DNA from: the human T2T-CHM13v2.0 reference genome, Homo sapiens
Strand: one strand, 5' to 3'
Assembly: GCF_009914755.1 (NCBI RefSeq)
Contig: NC_060946.1
Length of the DNA stretch: 64,000 bases
Shown here: piece after piece, positions 16,398 through 30,874 of the stretch
Layout of the letters: each line of letters opens with the position of its first letter
Numbering within the stretch: the first letter of the stretch is position 1
Program-made: the position numbers and the translations under genes
Notes under the pieces: generated by a model
Seen by the model: only the letters and a program-made list of their open reading frames with translations
Database searches by the model: none
What the model was told of the DNA's origin: nothing

Positions 16398-17969
16398 GTA
16401 GAATCTAACTGCTTAATGAACATGAGAAATAAATAGGATTGAGGTAAACATAAGCTTCTTGAGGCCAGAGAAAGGCCTTATACTTCTTTACACATTTCCC
16501 CACAAACCCTACAGAAAACCACTATTATAAAAAGGGGCTGCAACAATTGTTTACATTCCTGAAATCCATGGATTAAGCTGGTGGGAATAGAGAAAATGGC
16601 ATGCAGCACAAAGGTAGAAATTATGTCAATAAGGTTGCCTACACGCTATTGATTGAATAACTCCATAAGGCTCTGTCTAGCCATTAATTCAAAGTTTCTC
16701 AACTGCTATGCCTAGATAGCGATCCTTTCCACCTCGATATAGCCAGCCTGTGCCTAGGGTAGATAATACCCTTGGACTATTTGCCCGTATGCACAAATAT
16801 TCTCATTTGCTTACCCCAGTATGTCATATAAATATCATTTCCTTGTGTCCTTGTATGAAAAGATTAGAAAGCACTGCAGTTTCCTTATGAAGTCGAAAAT
16901 TCCAAGTTTTAGGTTACTAATGGGTTAAATAGCAAACACAAGGACATTGAAGAGCAACGTTTATTTTTCTCCCAGTAGCTTTTGGATTCAGACCTGCCAG
17001 GGGGGATGGAGAGCTAAGTATTGCTGATGAGATGGCACAGTAGTGGAAGGTACAGATGATGGTGAAAAGCTCTGGATAGTAGAGGAATCCAAGTAAGGGG
17101 GATGGATGCCCTTGAAAGGAAAGACTGATGAGAGACATGGCCTAATTTTCAATTTTCCCTACTATTAGCTCTGGCTCATCATTTGCCATGAGCTTGAGGA
17201 CTTTTCTCCAAGATTCACTCCCTTGATTATCCTTCCATTTGTAAAACCTACAGACAGCACTAGAATGTGAAGAGAAAATCAGTTCCAAAAATGAGAATTA
17301 AAATATTACCTTTTATTAGCTAACATTTGTATAATACTTTACAGCTTATACAGCAGCACTTTTCATACACGTTTTCTCACATAAAAAGTTACCTTTACTC
17401 TCCAAAACTCAAAAATATACACTGATGGCCAGATTAAACTCTTTTGTTCTGAAGGCACATATGCCAAGAGGTAAGCTGTAAAACAAAAATGGCCAAATCT
17501 TTCACATGCTAAGGAGAGAAGGTGATGCATATTATTAATTTCCTAGAGAAGAAATATAGGCATTTGTTTAAATGGGAGTCCTGAATATGATTTTACTGAT
17601 GTGTCCTGGAGGCTCCCATGAGCTACATATCTATAGCCCTTCATTCTGGTTACCTACATTTGAATTGGTTAAATCCTGGTTGGCAGAATTTTAAGTTGTT
17701 CAAAATTGGAAAAGGAGCTAATGTATTCACTTAATAAATGTTTGCTTCATGAATTCACACTGTCTCCAAAGATCAGTTAGGGAAAAATCCAACATTTCAA
17801 TTACTTAGGGTTATTTTTCATATTAAGAGCTAACTATGTGCACAGCCATGTGTAAATATATTATAGTCATGGTCCCTCCTGGAAACTACTCAAATGTGAG
17901 ACTAATTGTGGAAGGAAACTTTGGAGATAAATGAACAAAGTTTAGAATTGGAAGGTAATTTAGTCCAAA

Positions 17970-18720
17970 TTGTTCATTCATTCATTAATTCAACAAATGT
18001 TGATTGAATAGCTGGGCACCAAACTCTGTACTGTGGAGATGAAAGATATAGCCACTCACAGTCTAGAGAAGGACAAATAGTTATCCTGAGGATGAGATGA
18101 GGGTATTATCAGAGAAGACTTCTTTGAAGAGTCTGCGCATGAGCTAGGTATTAGAGGATAAATTTAGGACAGTCAGGAAGAAAAGTGGAAAAGCACAGTA
18201 CAAGCAAAGTGAACAGCATATGCAAATACTTTGAGTGAGAGGAAACTGGGCAATAGCTGCAGATGAGGATGGAGGTGAGGATATGACGGGTTGTGAAAGG
18301 AATTGTATACACTGTCTTTGAATTTGATTGAAAACTGATGGATATAATAGAAGAATTCTAAGTAAGAAGGTGACATGAACAGATTTTCCTATTAGTAATA
18401 TTATTTCAGCGGTGATATGGAGAATATTTTGTAGTGTGGACAAGAAGGAAAGCAGGAAAAATAGTTAGATAGCCACTGTAGTAATCAATGCAAGAGTGAG
18501 GAAGGGATACTTTTGCGAGATAATCAGACGGTAGAAAGTCCCAGAGCTGGTGATTGATTTTATGCTTGAGAGTTGTAGAAATGTCTTTACGCTTATCTCA
18601 CAAATGAGCTAACTGACCTAGAGTGTGTCTAAATGACTTGACCAAGGTCATTCAGCTAGTTATCAGCAGAGCTGATATTAGATGCCAGGTCACCTAATTC
18701 CAAATTCGTTGTTCTTACTG
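17970..18720 (-). mobile_element. L2 and MIR fragments
   Basis: ttcattcattcatt..caacaaatgttgattgaa; aaatgacttgaccaaggtcattcagctagt. Confidence 0.6.
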
Positions 18721-18979
18721 TTGTGGTATATGATTTTTTTCAAATCAAATTTTTAAAAAGATCGTATTTTAAATGCTTTTAGGGAATTTGCTACTTAAGA
18801 AATTCTTTGTATATACATTGCAAAAAGTACCATCGCTCCCCTAATTTACATTCTAAAAAAGTCTCAAAATATACTAATGTTTAATTTATATTTACTCACA
18901 TAGTCAAAAGTTTTGTTCCTTTTGGGATAGATTGCCACTATTGTATATGATCAAAAAGTATGCTTTTTTTTCTGTGTAG

Positions 18980-19137
18980 TCATAGCAGCAGTACAAGCTT
19001 TGAAAGTGGAACAAACAATGAAGATATTAAGAAAGCCAGTGTTCTACTGATCCGTAAATTGTATATACTGATGCAGGACCTTGAGCCACTTCCTAATAAT
19101 GTTGTACTTACTATGAAACTCCACTACTATAATGCAG
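18980..19137 (+). CDS. HORMAD2: HORMAD2 coding exon, 158 nt, (S)[10 protein letters not shown]...[10 protein letters not shown](V)
   Basis: tctgtgtag acceptor and GTAGGT donor at 19138. Seen in ORF 18960..19145; L.PLP....LTMKL.YY HORMA motif. Confidence 0.96.
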
Positions 19138-19311
19138 GTAGGTAGAGAACTTTAGGCAAATTCCTCCTTAAGTGCTGAGCTAATATTTTCTATAAGTAAA
19201 AGGATTTTGCAGGCATCTGAAAGAGAAGTCTGTTGCTACACATGAAAGATTAATCGGATTTGTTGTATTGAAACTCAGTTTTCATGGCTTTTTGCCCTTT
19301 TCATTTCGCAG

Positions 19312-19562
19312 TGACCCCACATGATTACCAACCCCTCGGTTTTAAAGAAGGGGTAAATTCACACTTCCTGCTGTTTGACAAGGAGCCTATCAACGTGCAA
19401 GTGGGATTTGTCTCCACTGGCTTTCATAGCATGAAAGTAAAAGTCATGACAGAGGCTACAAAAGTGATTGATTTGGAGAACAATCTGTTTCGGGAGAACA
19501 GCACTACTGAGATCGCCCATCAGGGTCTAGACTGTGATGAGGAAGAAGAATGCAATGACCAT
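19312..19562 (+). CDS. HORMAD2: HORMAD2 coding exon (probably exon 10), 251 nt, (V)[12 protein letters not shown]...[11 protein letters not shown]
   Basis: tcatttcgcag acceptor and GTAAGG donor at 19563. Seen in ORF 19284..19709; TP.DYQP.GF safety-belt region and acidic tail. Confidence 0.96.
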
Positions 19563-20671
19563 GTAAGGCAAAGCTTTAGAGATTTTCTATCGTGTCAGTT
19601 AAACACAATTGATATTTTTCAGTTTCTACCCAGGGCATGCACGTGGAGTGTGCCAGCTATAAAAACTGAAACAAAACTAGTCTCTGACATCAAGGAGTTT
19701 TTAATCTAAAAAAGTTTAATCTTCTAAAAGGAAATATACTTTATCAGATGAAATTGTCCATAACTAGGAGGAAAAAGATTTTCTAATATATTTATTTTAT
19801 TAAAGATATCATAAATTTAGAAAATTTGAGGTTTTCTTTCCTTTATTTGTAAATGACATAATTTTAGGGTTGAAAAATATTCTAGGTATTTATTCATACT
19901 CATTGGAAGTATAAATCAGTTCTTGATACTGAGATAATTGGATGGGAGGAGTTGGGGAAGATAAATTTTATGGATAAACCCGAGTCAGCGTGAAAACAAA
20001 TAATAGTTAACTTCTGGTTATGTGGAGGAAGACAAGCTTTGGGGCTAACTCACTGGGGAAAGTCAGGGGGTTGGTGGGGTTGGAGCTAGTGGAGCCAAAC
20101 AGTCAGGTCTCTGATCCCTTTATCCTCCCATTTCCACCAATAGAGACTTGGAGTTAGATTCTTGCTAGGGTCCCATTATGCCCTAGCTAACTCCACACCC
20201 TTAACTGGTGGTTGTCTGGATAATAATGTTAACTGTATGACAACATTGTGTTAAAAGGGTTCTGAGTTAGACAAAAAATTTTCAGTAGGAAGGGATGCTA
20301 TAAGATCTTTTCAGGAGATATTTTAAGATTAGAATGATAACTTGTTTGCTTAAGATAATTTGAGTCTTATTTAAAGATAGGTGACTGTACTAGGTAACTT
20401 CTGAAGGTTCCTTCTAGTTCTTTAACTCTGTATTATGTTTAATACATTGAAAAGAGGTTCTAGTTGTTCTAGTTTTAATTCAATTAATGTAAATAATATA
20501 ACCAAACAAGCAACAGATTGTTTTTAAATTTTTAGTGCTTTCTCGATGTTAGACATAAAAATGACTTTGGATTTTGGTGCAATTTTCCTCTTCCAATTTC
20601 ACCCAAGGAAGATATAGCTAACATAGAAAGGGGAAAAAAAATGAAGGTTAAGAAAAGAATGTTTCAGCTAG

Positions 20672-20994
20672 TTTTTTTTGTTGTTGTTCTTGTTGTTTTT
20701 GAGACAGGGTCTCGCTCTGTTGCCCAGGCTGAAGTACAGTGGTGCAACCATGACTCACTGGTGCCTCAGCTTACCAAGGAATCCTCCTACCTCAGCCTCT
20801 CGAGTAGCTGGGACTATAGGCACATGCCACCACACCTGGCTAATTTTTTATTTTTTAATTTTTTGTAGAGACAAGGGTCTCACTGTTACCAGGGCTGGTC
20901 TTAAACTCCTGGGCTCAAGCAATCCTTTCACTTTGACCTCCCAAAGTGCTGGGATTACAGGTATGAGACACCACACTGGGCCTCAGCTAGGTAT

Positions 20995-21025
<31 letters not shown>

Positions 21026-21300
21026 GGGAAAGAGTCTTGCTCTGTTGTCCAGGCTTGAGTGCTGGAGTGCAGTAGTTGATCACAGCTCACTGCAGCCTTG
21101 ACCTTCTGGGCCCAAGTAATCCTTTCAGCTCAGCCTCCAGTGTAGCTGAAACCATAGGTGTGCGCCACCACACCCAGCTAATTTTTTATTTTTTTTAGAG
21201 ACAGGGTCTCCCTATGTTGTCCAGGCTGATCTTGAACTCCTGGGCTCCAGTGATCCTCCTGCCTTGGCCTCTCAAAGTGCTAGGATTACACCACACCTGG
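20672..21300 (-). mobile_element. Two tandem AluJ elements
   Basis: Antisense dimers ~20672-20983 and ~20993-21300. Confidence 0.88.
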
Positions 21301-21600
21301 TTAGATTTTTACCTTTTAATTAAGAATTTCTTTCTTTTTTTTTTTTAATCAAATGAAAGCAGGACAACCTAAGAACGCATAGTTCAACTAATAGATTAAA
21401 TAAGAAATGTGATAATCCTTCTCAAGCATACATTTAGTTGAAACTATATGTATTATATGGACTTTGTGGTAAACTTAGTTGATTGAAGTTTCTCTCTCAG
21501 CCAGCCAAACATATGAGAGAATTTAGTAAGTCTAGTAAAGTGGTTACTGTCACTTTCCCACTAAGGATTCCTTTTTGTTTTCCTTCATGGAATACATGGA

Positions 21601-21631
21601 ACACACACACACACACACACACACATACATA
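21601..21631. repeat. (CA)n microsatellite
   Basis: acacacac... seen directly. Confidence 0.95.
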
Positions 21632-22534
21632 CATGTGTATACATATGTAGAATCTTTATTTCTTTTAAAAATTTTATTTTGAGATATACATATAATAGAC
21701 TACATAAAAATATGTACAGTTTAAAGAATAATGAGAACATCCATATGTCCTCCATTTAGGCTAAGATGTAGAACATTGCTACTCCCTTAGAAGCCACCAC
21801 GTGTCCCTTCCTCATTGCACGCCCTCTGAAGGTAACCACTCTCCTGACCTTCATGATAACCTTTCCTTGCTCTTCTTTATAGTTTTGCCATGGATGAGTA
21901 CATCTACTCGTTTTAAATTTGTATATCAAAGTAATCATACTCTGAGTATTCTCCTTTAATTTTCTTTTGCTTGAACTTCAAAGTTGAGATTTAGCCATTG
22001 TGTTATTGTTCTTTCATTTTCACTGCTGTAGAGTTTTCTACTCTTGATAGACATTCTTTTTAATTGCTATAAACATTCATGTACATACCTCCTGGTACAC
22101 CTGTCAAAGAGTGTCTCTTGGGAATATATGAAACAGTTCTAGGCTTGTGTATTTTCAACTATATTAGGTAAAGCAAAACTGTTTTCCAAAGTGGTCGTAC
22201 CAACTTACTCGCTACCCCCAGTGAAGGAGAGTACCCTACATTCTTGCCAACACTTATTGTCAGGGTTTATGTTTCCTGCCAGTCTGCTAGATATGAAATG
22301 GTAATGCCTCATGATGTTAATTTGAATTTCTCTGATTATTTGTGTGTTTGTGCATCTTTTCTTTGGCCATCCTATTTTGCTCATATTAAATAGCTGTTCA
22401 TGTCTTTCATGCATTTGTCTCTCAGGTTATTTATCTTTTCCTCAATGGTTTAAAAAATATGTGCTTAGTAATAATTCTTTTTCACTCATTTATGTTGCAA
22501 TATTTTTTTCATGTTTGTGGCTCATCTTTTCACT

Positions 22535-22856
22535 TTCTTTTTCTTTTCTTTTTTTTTTTTTTTTTTTTTTTTTTTGAGACAGAGTTTCCTCTTGTTGCCC
22601 AGGCCTGAGTGCAATGGCACAATCTCAGCTCACGGTAACCTTCTTTCTCCTGGGTTCAAGTGATTCTCCCGCCTCAGCCTCCTGAGTAGCTGGGATTACA
22701 GGCATGTGCCACCACACCCAGCTAATTTTGTATTTTTAGTAGAGACAGGGTTTCTCCATGTTGGTCAGGGTGGTCTTGAACTCCCGATCTCAGGTGATCC
22801 GTCCGCCTCAGCCTCCCAAAGTGCTGGGATTACAGGCATGAGCCACTGTGCCTGGC
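22535..22856 (-). mobile_element. AluSp/Sq-like SINE
   Basis: Full dimer; TSD ctcatcttt(t)cactttc. Confidence 0.9.
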
Positions 22857-23181
22857 TCATCTTTCACTTTCTTTAAGAGGTCTTTTGAGCAATGTAAGTT
22901 TTTAATTTTAATATAGTCTAATCTTTTCCTTTAATATGTGCTTTTGGATATCCTTAAGAAATCCTCTACCTAAGGTCATTAATAATATTCTCATATTTTA
23001 TTCTAAAAGTTTTAATGCTTTTCTTTTTACATTTAGGTTTATAATCCACTTAAAGTTTATTTTCATTTATGGAGTGAAATAGACCAGACTTTCTTAACAC
23101 TTTTAAATTCGAGAATAATAAACATACAGTAAAACATATGTATCAGTGATACAGCTCAATAAATATTCACAAACTGAACAC

Positions 23182-23318
23182 TAGAGCTGGGATGAGGGTG
23201 ATGCAAGCAAGGTGCCTAGGGAGCATATTTTAAGGAAGATCTCAGGTGCCAAGAGTAAGGACCTCCTTACATTTTGCCCCCTGGACATCTTGCTTGCTTT
23301 GTCTTTGTCACAACCCTA
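23182..23318. mobile_element. MER96-like palindromic MITE
   Basis: agggtgatgcaagcaaggtgcctaggg..ttttaagga / tccttacattttgcccc..tcttgcttgc internal inverted symmetry; TSD-like ctgaa.a. Confidence 0.6.
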
Positions 23319-23499
23319 CTGAATAAATATGTGAAATCAGCACTCAGATCAAGAAATAGAATTCTTCCAGACCCTGAGAAACCCCCAGTCTTATTTTACA
23401 GTCACTATTCTGCTCACAAGAATATTGCTATCCTGACTTCTATTCGCATAGATTAGTTTCTCCTCTTTATTTTATAGACATGGAATCATAGAGTATGGA

Positions 23500-23796
23500 C
23501 TTTTTTTTTTTGAGACGGAGTCTCCCACTGTCTCCCAGGCTGGAGTGCAGTGGTGCGATCTCTGCTTTGCTCACTGCAAGTTCCGCCTCCTGGGTTCACG
23601 CCATTCTCCTGTCTCAGCCTCTCAAGTAGCTGGGACTACAGGCGCCCGCCACCACACCGCCTAATTTTTTGTATTTTTGGTAGAGATGGGGTTTCACCGT
23701 GTTAGCCAGGATGGTCTTGATCTCCTGACCTCTTGATCAGCCCGCCTCGGCCTCCCAAAGTGCTGGGATTACAGGTGTGAGCCACCACGCAGGGCC
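23500..23796 (-). mobile_element. AluY SINE
   Basis: AluY diagnostics ctgcaag, ttcacgccattctc, ccgtgttagccaggatg; TSD atggac. Confidence 0.9.
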
Positions 23797-24527
23797 GAGG
23801 ATGGACCATTTTTTCAGTTAACATTATGTTGTGAGATTTACCCATATTTTTACATGTTGTTGTAGACCATCCTGACAATTTATTCATTCTATTGTTAATG
23901 ACAATTTATTCATTCTAATGTTAATTTGGATAATTTATAATTTTTGTCTATGATGGATAGAAATGCTTTGAATATTCTGGAACATGTTTTTTAGGGAAAT
24001 AACTACACATTTCTGGTGGGAATAGAATTACTAGGAGTAGAATTGCTGGGTCAAAGGGTATGTGTATATTTAGTTTTAACAGATAGTGCAAAATAGTTTC
24101 CAAAGTATTTGTGCCAATTTACAATCCCACCAGCAATGTATGAGAGTTGTGGTTGCTTTACATCCTCACTAACCCTTGGCGTTTTCCATCGTTAAGATTT
24201 TAGCCATTCTGGTGGGTGTGCTGTGGTATGTCATTGTTGTTTTAATTTATTTAATTTAATTTATTAAACTAATTTTAACTAATGAAGAGGAGCACCTTTT
24301 TATATGTTTATTGGCCATGTTGAATATTTTCTTTTGTGAAGTATCTGTTCAAATTGTTTGCTCCTACCCTGCCTTTTTTTCTCTTGGATTGTCTTTCAAT
24401 CCTACTGATTTGTAGGAGCTCTGCATATATATTCTGCATATAAGTACTTTGTTGGATACATGTATTGTGAATATCTTCTTCAACCTTACGAGTTGTTTTC
24501 TTAATGAGGTGTTTTATAAACAGAAGT

Positions 24528-24965
<438 letters not shown>

Positions 24966-26255
24966 CATCTTTGTCTTTTTCTATTTCTCTGGTTTGGTTT
25001 GTCTTTCTGATTCCAAATTGTACTTCCATAAATGTATAGACATGAATATCCTACAGGTACCTTAGATTCAACATCTTCAAATGGAATTTTAACTTCTGAC
25101 CAAACATGCACTTCCTCATCCTAGGTTCCTTATCTTGGTATTGCACCATCACTTTTCTAAGCAACCCAACCAGGAATATGTTCAACTGTTATTTTCTCCT
25201 CACTTTCTACATTCTTTTGGTACACCATTTCCATGTGTTTTGCCTTTGAAGTATTTCTCAAATCTAGCGCTGTTACCACTGTGCTGATTCAGGATGTCAT
25301 CATTGCTTTCTTGGTGATAGTTGAGTCTTCTAACTGGGTCTCTTTGATGTCATCATTGCCTCTCCAGTTTGTCTTCCAGGGTGCCAGAGAGTGAGGCACT
25401 CAAATATTTCAAATATTTTAAGTTGATTTATTTTGTGTAATTGCAAAGGGCAGAATGAGAACCAGTAGATGAAAATTATGTTGATTTTGGCTCAATAGAA
25501 GGAAGAATTTTCTCTTTACAAATTTTAAAGCAATGTTATTATAACATTAAAGTAATTTAAAAACCAATGGAAATCTTCCGCCGTCCCACCATCCTATCAA
25601 TACTGTTTTTATTTTTATATGTCCCATCCTCTCCAGTATTTTTTCATTGATTTATATATTTGTATATGGTTTTAATCATGGTATATGTGAATTTATTTTA
25701 CTTTTATACTTAACATTATTGATTTTGTAAATATGTTCCACTTTAATCTTTATATTTTTAATTTTAATGACTTCTTGTTTTATTTAGGCACTCTACCATT
25801 TCCCTACTTTGAAACATTTAGGTTAATTCTTGATTTTGCTATTATAAAGTATTATAATAAATACCTTTGCACACATGAAAGCATTTAAAAAATTTTTCTA
25901 CGAATATAGTATCAGGAGTGAAATTTACAGAGCTTCAACATTTGTATGGCTCTCAAATGAGTAGTACCAAATCATTTTCCAGAAGCTGCCAGCTTCTCCA
26001 CCTCCTCAGGGTGGATTTTCTAACAATGATAACTACTTAAACCTGGTTGCCTTGTGTGGGGGTGAGCTCCAGTGTCACCAGCTGTGCTCAAGTGCAGATA
26101 TACACGTGTGTTCAAGATAGAGTATATGATTAGGGTGTTGCAAAAGTAAAATCATGATTTAGAGGGAAGGTTGAACTAGATTGACCTCTAAGATATCTTT
26201 CATGCTAAGATTGTCTGGGATATTTTTTGAATCCCTATTAAGAGAATAATGCCCT

Positions 26256-26570
<315 letters not shown>

Positions 26571-26719
26571 TAAATAATGCCCTGCTAAGCACTGTGAGGA
26601 AAATAAAGACATATAAGATATAGCCTGTGCCCTTTAGAATTGTGGCTGAAGAGATAACACCTACATAATGTAATAAAAAGGTAATACTAGAGAGTATATG
26701 AATGATAGAAATAATATTA

Positions 26720-26920
26720 ACTAACAATTTCGAGCACTCTCAGAGCTTTACATATATTATCACTTTCAATCTTCCTAGCTATTTTATAAGGTAGATACTA
26801 TTGTTATCTTCATTTTACAAATAGGAAACTGAGCCAGAGAAATTAGCCCAAGACTCCATACATAGTGAATTTGTAACAGGGACAGAATTCAAACCCAGGC
26901 AATTGAACTCCAAAGTACTA
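26720..26920 (-). mobile_element. MIR SINE
   Basis: cattttacaaataggaaactgag..gcccaag..agaattcaaacccagg. Confidence 0.75.
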
Positions 26921-26978
26921 GGATTACAGAAAAAAGGATAAATTGGTACTGTGTGGGAAAGTTTCATTAAGTTGGTGA

Positions 26979-27110
26979 TTTTTTTTTTTTCTTTGAGATG
27001 CACTCTCACTACATTGCCCAGGCTGGTCTTGAACTCCTGGGCTCAAGCAATCCTCCCACTTCAGCCTTCCATGTACCTGAGATTATAGGCATGTGTCACC
27101 ATGCCTAGCT
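26979..27110 (-). mobile_element. FLAM Alu monomer
   Basis: Single left-arm monomer; TSD ttggtgatttt. Confidence 0.85.
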
Positions 27111-27821
27111 TGATTTGGTGATTTTGTGGATGAATCATATTTTGATTGGCAGTGATCATGGCAGAGGACATTCCAGGCAAGTTGGAAAGTCCAGTATGGT
27201 AGCATCAGAAATTCTGTCTCTGTGACTTAGAATTACAATACTGAATGTTCCACGCCTTTCCTGTATCCTACATGGCTTTGCTGAAATTTCTTTACTCTTG
27301 GTAATCTCTAACTCAAAGATTTTTTAAAACTTTAAAAATAATTTGTAATTTAAATTTTATTTAAAATTAAAATAGAAAGTTTATAAATTTTTGATCAAAC
27401 AGCTTACACTGCTTTTCTACCAATGATCTATAGTAAAGAAGGGATTTAACACAATCATCTTGTTGTGAGACCGTTGAAAATAGAAAGATTTTAATACAAT
27501 TTTCTTTTTCAGGTAATTCCTTATTTCAGTCACAGAAAGGCAAATATAACAGAGTTTCTACTAATGGTTGAAATTATTCAGTAATTGTGCTATTCACTTT
27601 CTGGTGTGATTCTTAAGATCCAAGGAATAATGTGAAAGTGAGATTATAATTTGGCAATGGATTCAGAATTGTAAAAGCACATATGCTTGAAACTTAGGAA
27701 TTCTTAAATTATAAGAACTCTAAAAACCTAACTCCACTTGAAAAATAGAACGTTGGAATTGTCCAAGGAATCCCGGGACAATACAGGGTTCAGTAAGCCT
27801 GTCTGAAAAACGCTGTCCTAA

Positions 27822-28211
<390 letters not shown>

Positions 28212-29601
28212 TAATAGGGGTGTTTTAGGCCTAAGCTATAGCTACTAAGTCTACACAAACACAAAAGCACTTCACATAACCCTGGGAAGTTGTTTTTTTT
28301 TCCCTGTCATAGACAACTGGGCAGATAGCAGTAGACATACACACTGAAGACAACTTCCCCTAAAGATCCTTAGACAGGTTTCTTCAAAGAACTGACCTAT
28401 ATGGTGCTAATCAACATATGTTCTGTAATTTGTTGTAGAATCTTACTTAAATTTATGCTGTTTAAATGCTAAGGAAAAAGTACTTCTTTCTAGTAGAAAT
28501 AATTAACCCAATCTCCTTAAAAAATTCTAGTAATTACTTACACAGACAGTGATAAAAAGATGGAGGGCTAATGTTGGCCCAGGTCTATTTTGGAGATTAA
28601 TTGTTCCAGTTTATTAAGTCATTATAGTTCTTTGAGAATTAATATTTTAACCATATTTTTAGGCAGGGGTCTACTATAATTTTCTAATTTTCTGAAATAC
28701 TTATGTGTCTTTATACCTCCAAATACAGTTGCTAGACACTCTCTACAAGGCTTTTTTCTAGGCCTTTCTTTTGTAACTAGAAATCTTGATCCAGAATGGC
28801 ATTTTTTTCATCTGTAACATATCAATTTCACTGAAGCATAAATAATTCATACAAATGATTTTTTTTGAGGATGAGCTAAAGGCAGAGAATACTGTTTTCT
28901 TATAAGAGCCACAAGTATTTTTAAAGTTTATTCAATAGTTTATCATTTGATTTAGTTACAAAGAATGGTTTGCTTTTTAAGCATATCCCAAACATACACA
29001 CTCTATTACACTATTTTCTAAGTGTAATAAAAATGGTTTGCATTTTGCCTGGATTTCTGCATCTTATTTCAATTTAAAAATAATGTTTTAAGATAGCTTT
29101 TTTCTTTTTTATGAATTCCACAAAAGAATCCACAAATTATAACAATATGTAGTTTACCTGATGTATTCTTTCCCTCCATGAAGCTCATTTCTTTTGTGCC
29201 AACACACTTAATTAAAAAGTAAATGATTTATTTGTAAGAAATTAGAATGTAAAGTACATTGTTTCCACGGTAAATAGCAGCATTTACGTGTGGACTAGAA
29301 AGGTATTTTTCTGAATTCCTTAGAATTGCTTTGTATTTCAGATAGTAGATTAAAACAAGAGCCTTTTCATTCAAAACCTATTGTCTCCCACTAAACTCTG
29401 AACTGAAGTTTTGCATTTTTTGAGGTATAGTCTGATGATTTTCATAGCATCACATCTCCTGAAGCATATATGCCTTCTTTGATACAACATAGTGTTGGCA
29501 AGAATATCTCAGATTCTTGGAAGTGGGGTAGATTATTGAAAGCACTGGAAGAGGCACATTATTTGCAGAAAATATCCAGCCTTAAAAAAACACACACATC
29601 A

Positions 29602-29870
29602 GGCCAGGTGCAGTGGCTGATGCCTATAATCCCAGCACTTTGGGAGGCCAAGGCGGGAGGATCACCTGAGATCAGGAGTACAAGACCAGCCTGGCCAACA
29701 TGGTGAAACCCTGTCTCTACTAAAAATACAAGAATTAGCCAGCACGAGAATCGTTTGAACCTGGGAGGCAGAGGTTGCAGTGAGCTGAGATCACTCAGGC
29801 TACTGCACTCCAGCCTGGGAGACAGAGGGAGACTCCGTCTCAAAAAAAAAAAACAAAACCAAAAAACCAC
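29602..29870 (+). mobile_element. AluS with internal right-arm deletion
   Basis: aattagccagcac joined to gagaatcg; TSD acacacatca. Confidence 0.88.
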
Positions 29871-30758
29871 ACACACACACATCATTCTTTCTTCATCATG
29901 AGACTCTAGTCCTTTTCATTAAGTTTCCTTTTGTCAAACAGAAAATTATTTCCAATTAATTTTTCTGTTTTGCAATCCAGAATGTAATTGCTATCCTCTG
30001 TTAACTGTGCAAAGAGGAATGAAAGTTGGTTGACTTTCCCATCAGTCTTATAAGTCATTTCTTTTTTTATATGAATCATTCTATAACATCAGAGAATTAC
30101 TTCTTTCCTTTTGTGAGTAGGAAGAGCCACACTGATTATCTGTATATGTTTCACTCACATTAAAGAAGTATACTGATATGTATTATAGCAGAAAAAAAAG
30201 TCAAACACAGTGAGTAATCTTAGGTAGAAATGCTTTGGATGTTACAATTAATAAGCCCTAGCATTAAAATAAATAAATTTTGTTTAAAAAAGAGTAAGAC
30301 AGAATATTCTGTTTGGTTAAAAAAGAGATGCCTCTAATAATACAATGTTATCATTACACCAAAATCAATGAAATATTAGGTTTCATTTAAACTCAGATTT
30401 TTTTCAAAGTGACTTCATTGAGATTTTATTCAATTGCACATTGGAAAAAAGTATAATGATAATGTTACCCAATTTCCTATAACTATATTCAGTTGGCTGA
30501 TTTTCCTAATACCATTATGTGTGTTAAAGTTTTCTATTTGATGCTAAATTGTCTGTTGGTACACACATGAGATTATGCTTGTAACAAATCTAAGCATCAT
30601 AAGAGGAGTAATAATTCTTTTAGCATTTATATTAGGATCTCAAAATTGAGAACTAAGACTTCAGAAGACCAGTCCTTCTGACAATGGTAAAGAAAAGTTA
30701 GAAACACAATTGGCCTCATTTTCTTCTGGATTTGGCAGACCTGTTAGTGTTAATTGTA

Positions 30759-30874
30759 TATATATACATATATATATATAATATATTTATTTATGATTAT
30801 ACTTTAAGTTCTGGGATACATGTGCAGAACATGCAGGCTTGTTACATAGGTATACACATGCCATGGTGGTTTGC
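30759..30874 (-). mobile_element. L1PA 3'-terminal fragment (~75 bp plus TA-degenerate tail)
   Basis: ttatactttaagttctgggatacatgtgcagaacatgcagg.ttgttacataggtatacacatgccatggtggtttgc is the antisense primate L1 3' end. Confidence 0.9.

Noticed and set aside
19138-19311. 174-nt intron (multiple of 3) as an in-frame retained intron
   Set aside because: Read-through hits TAG at 19143-19145.
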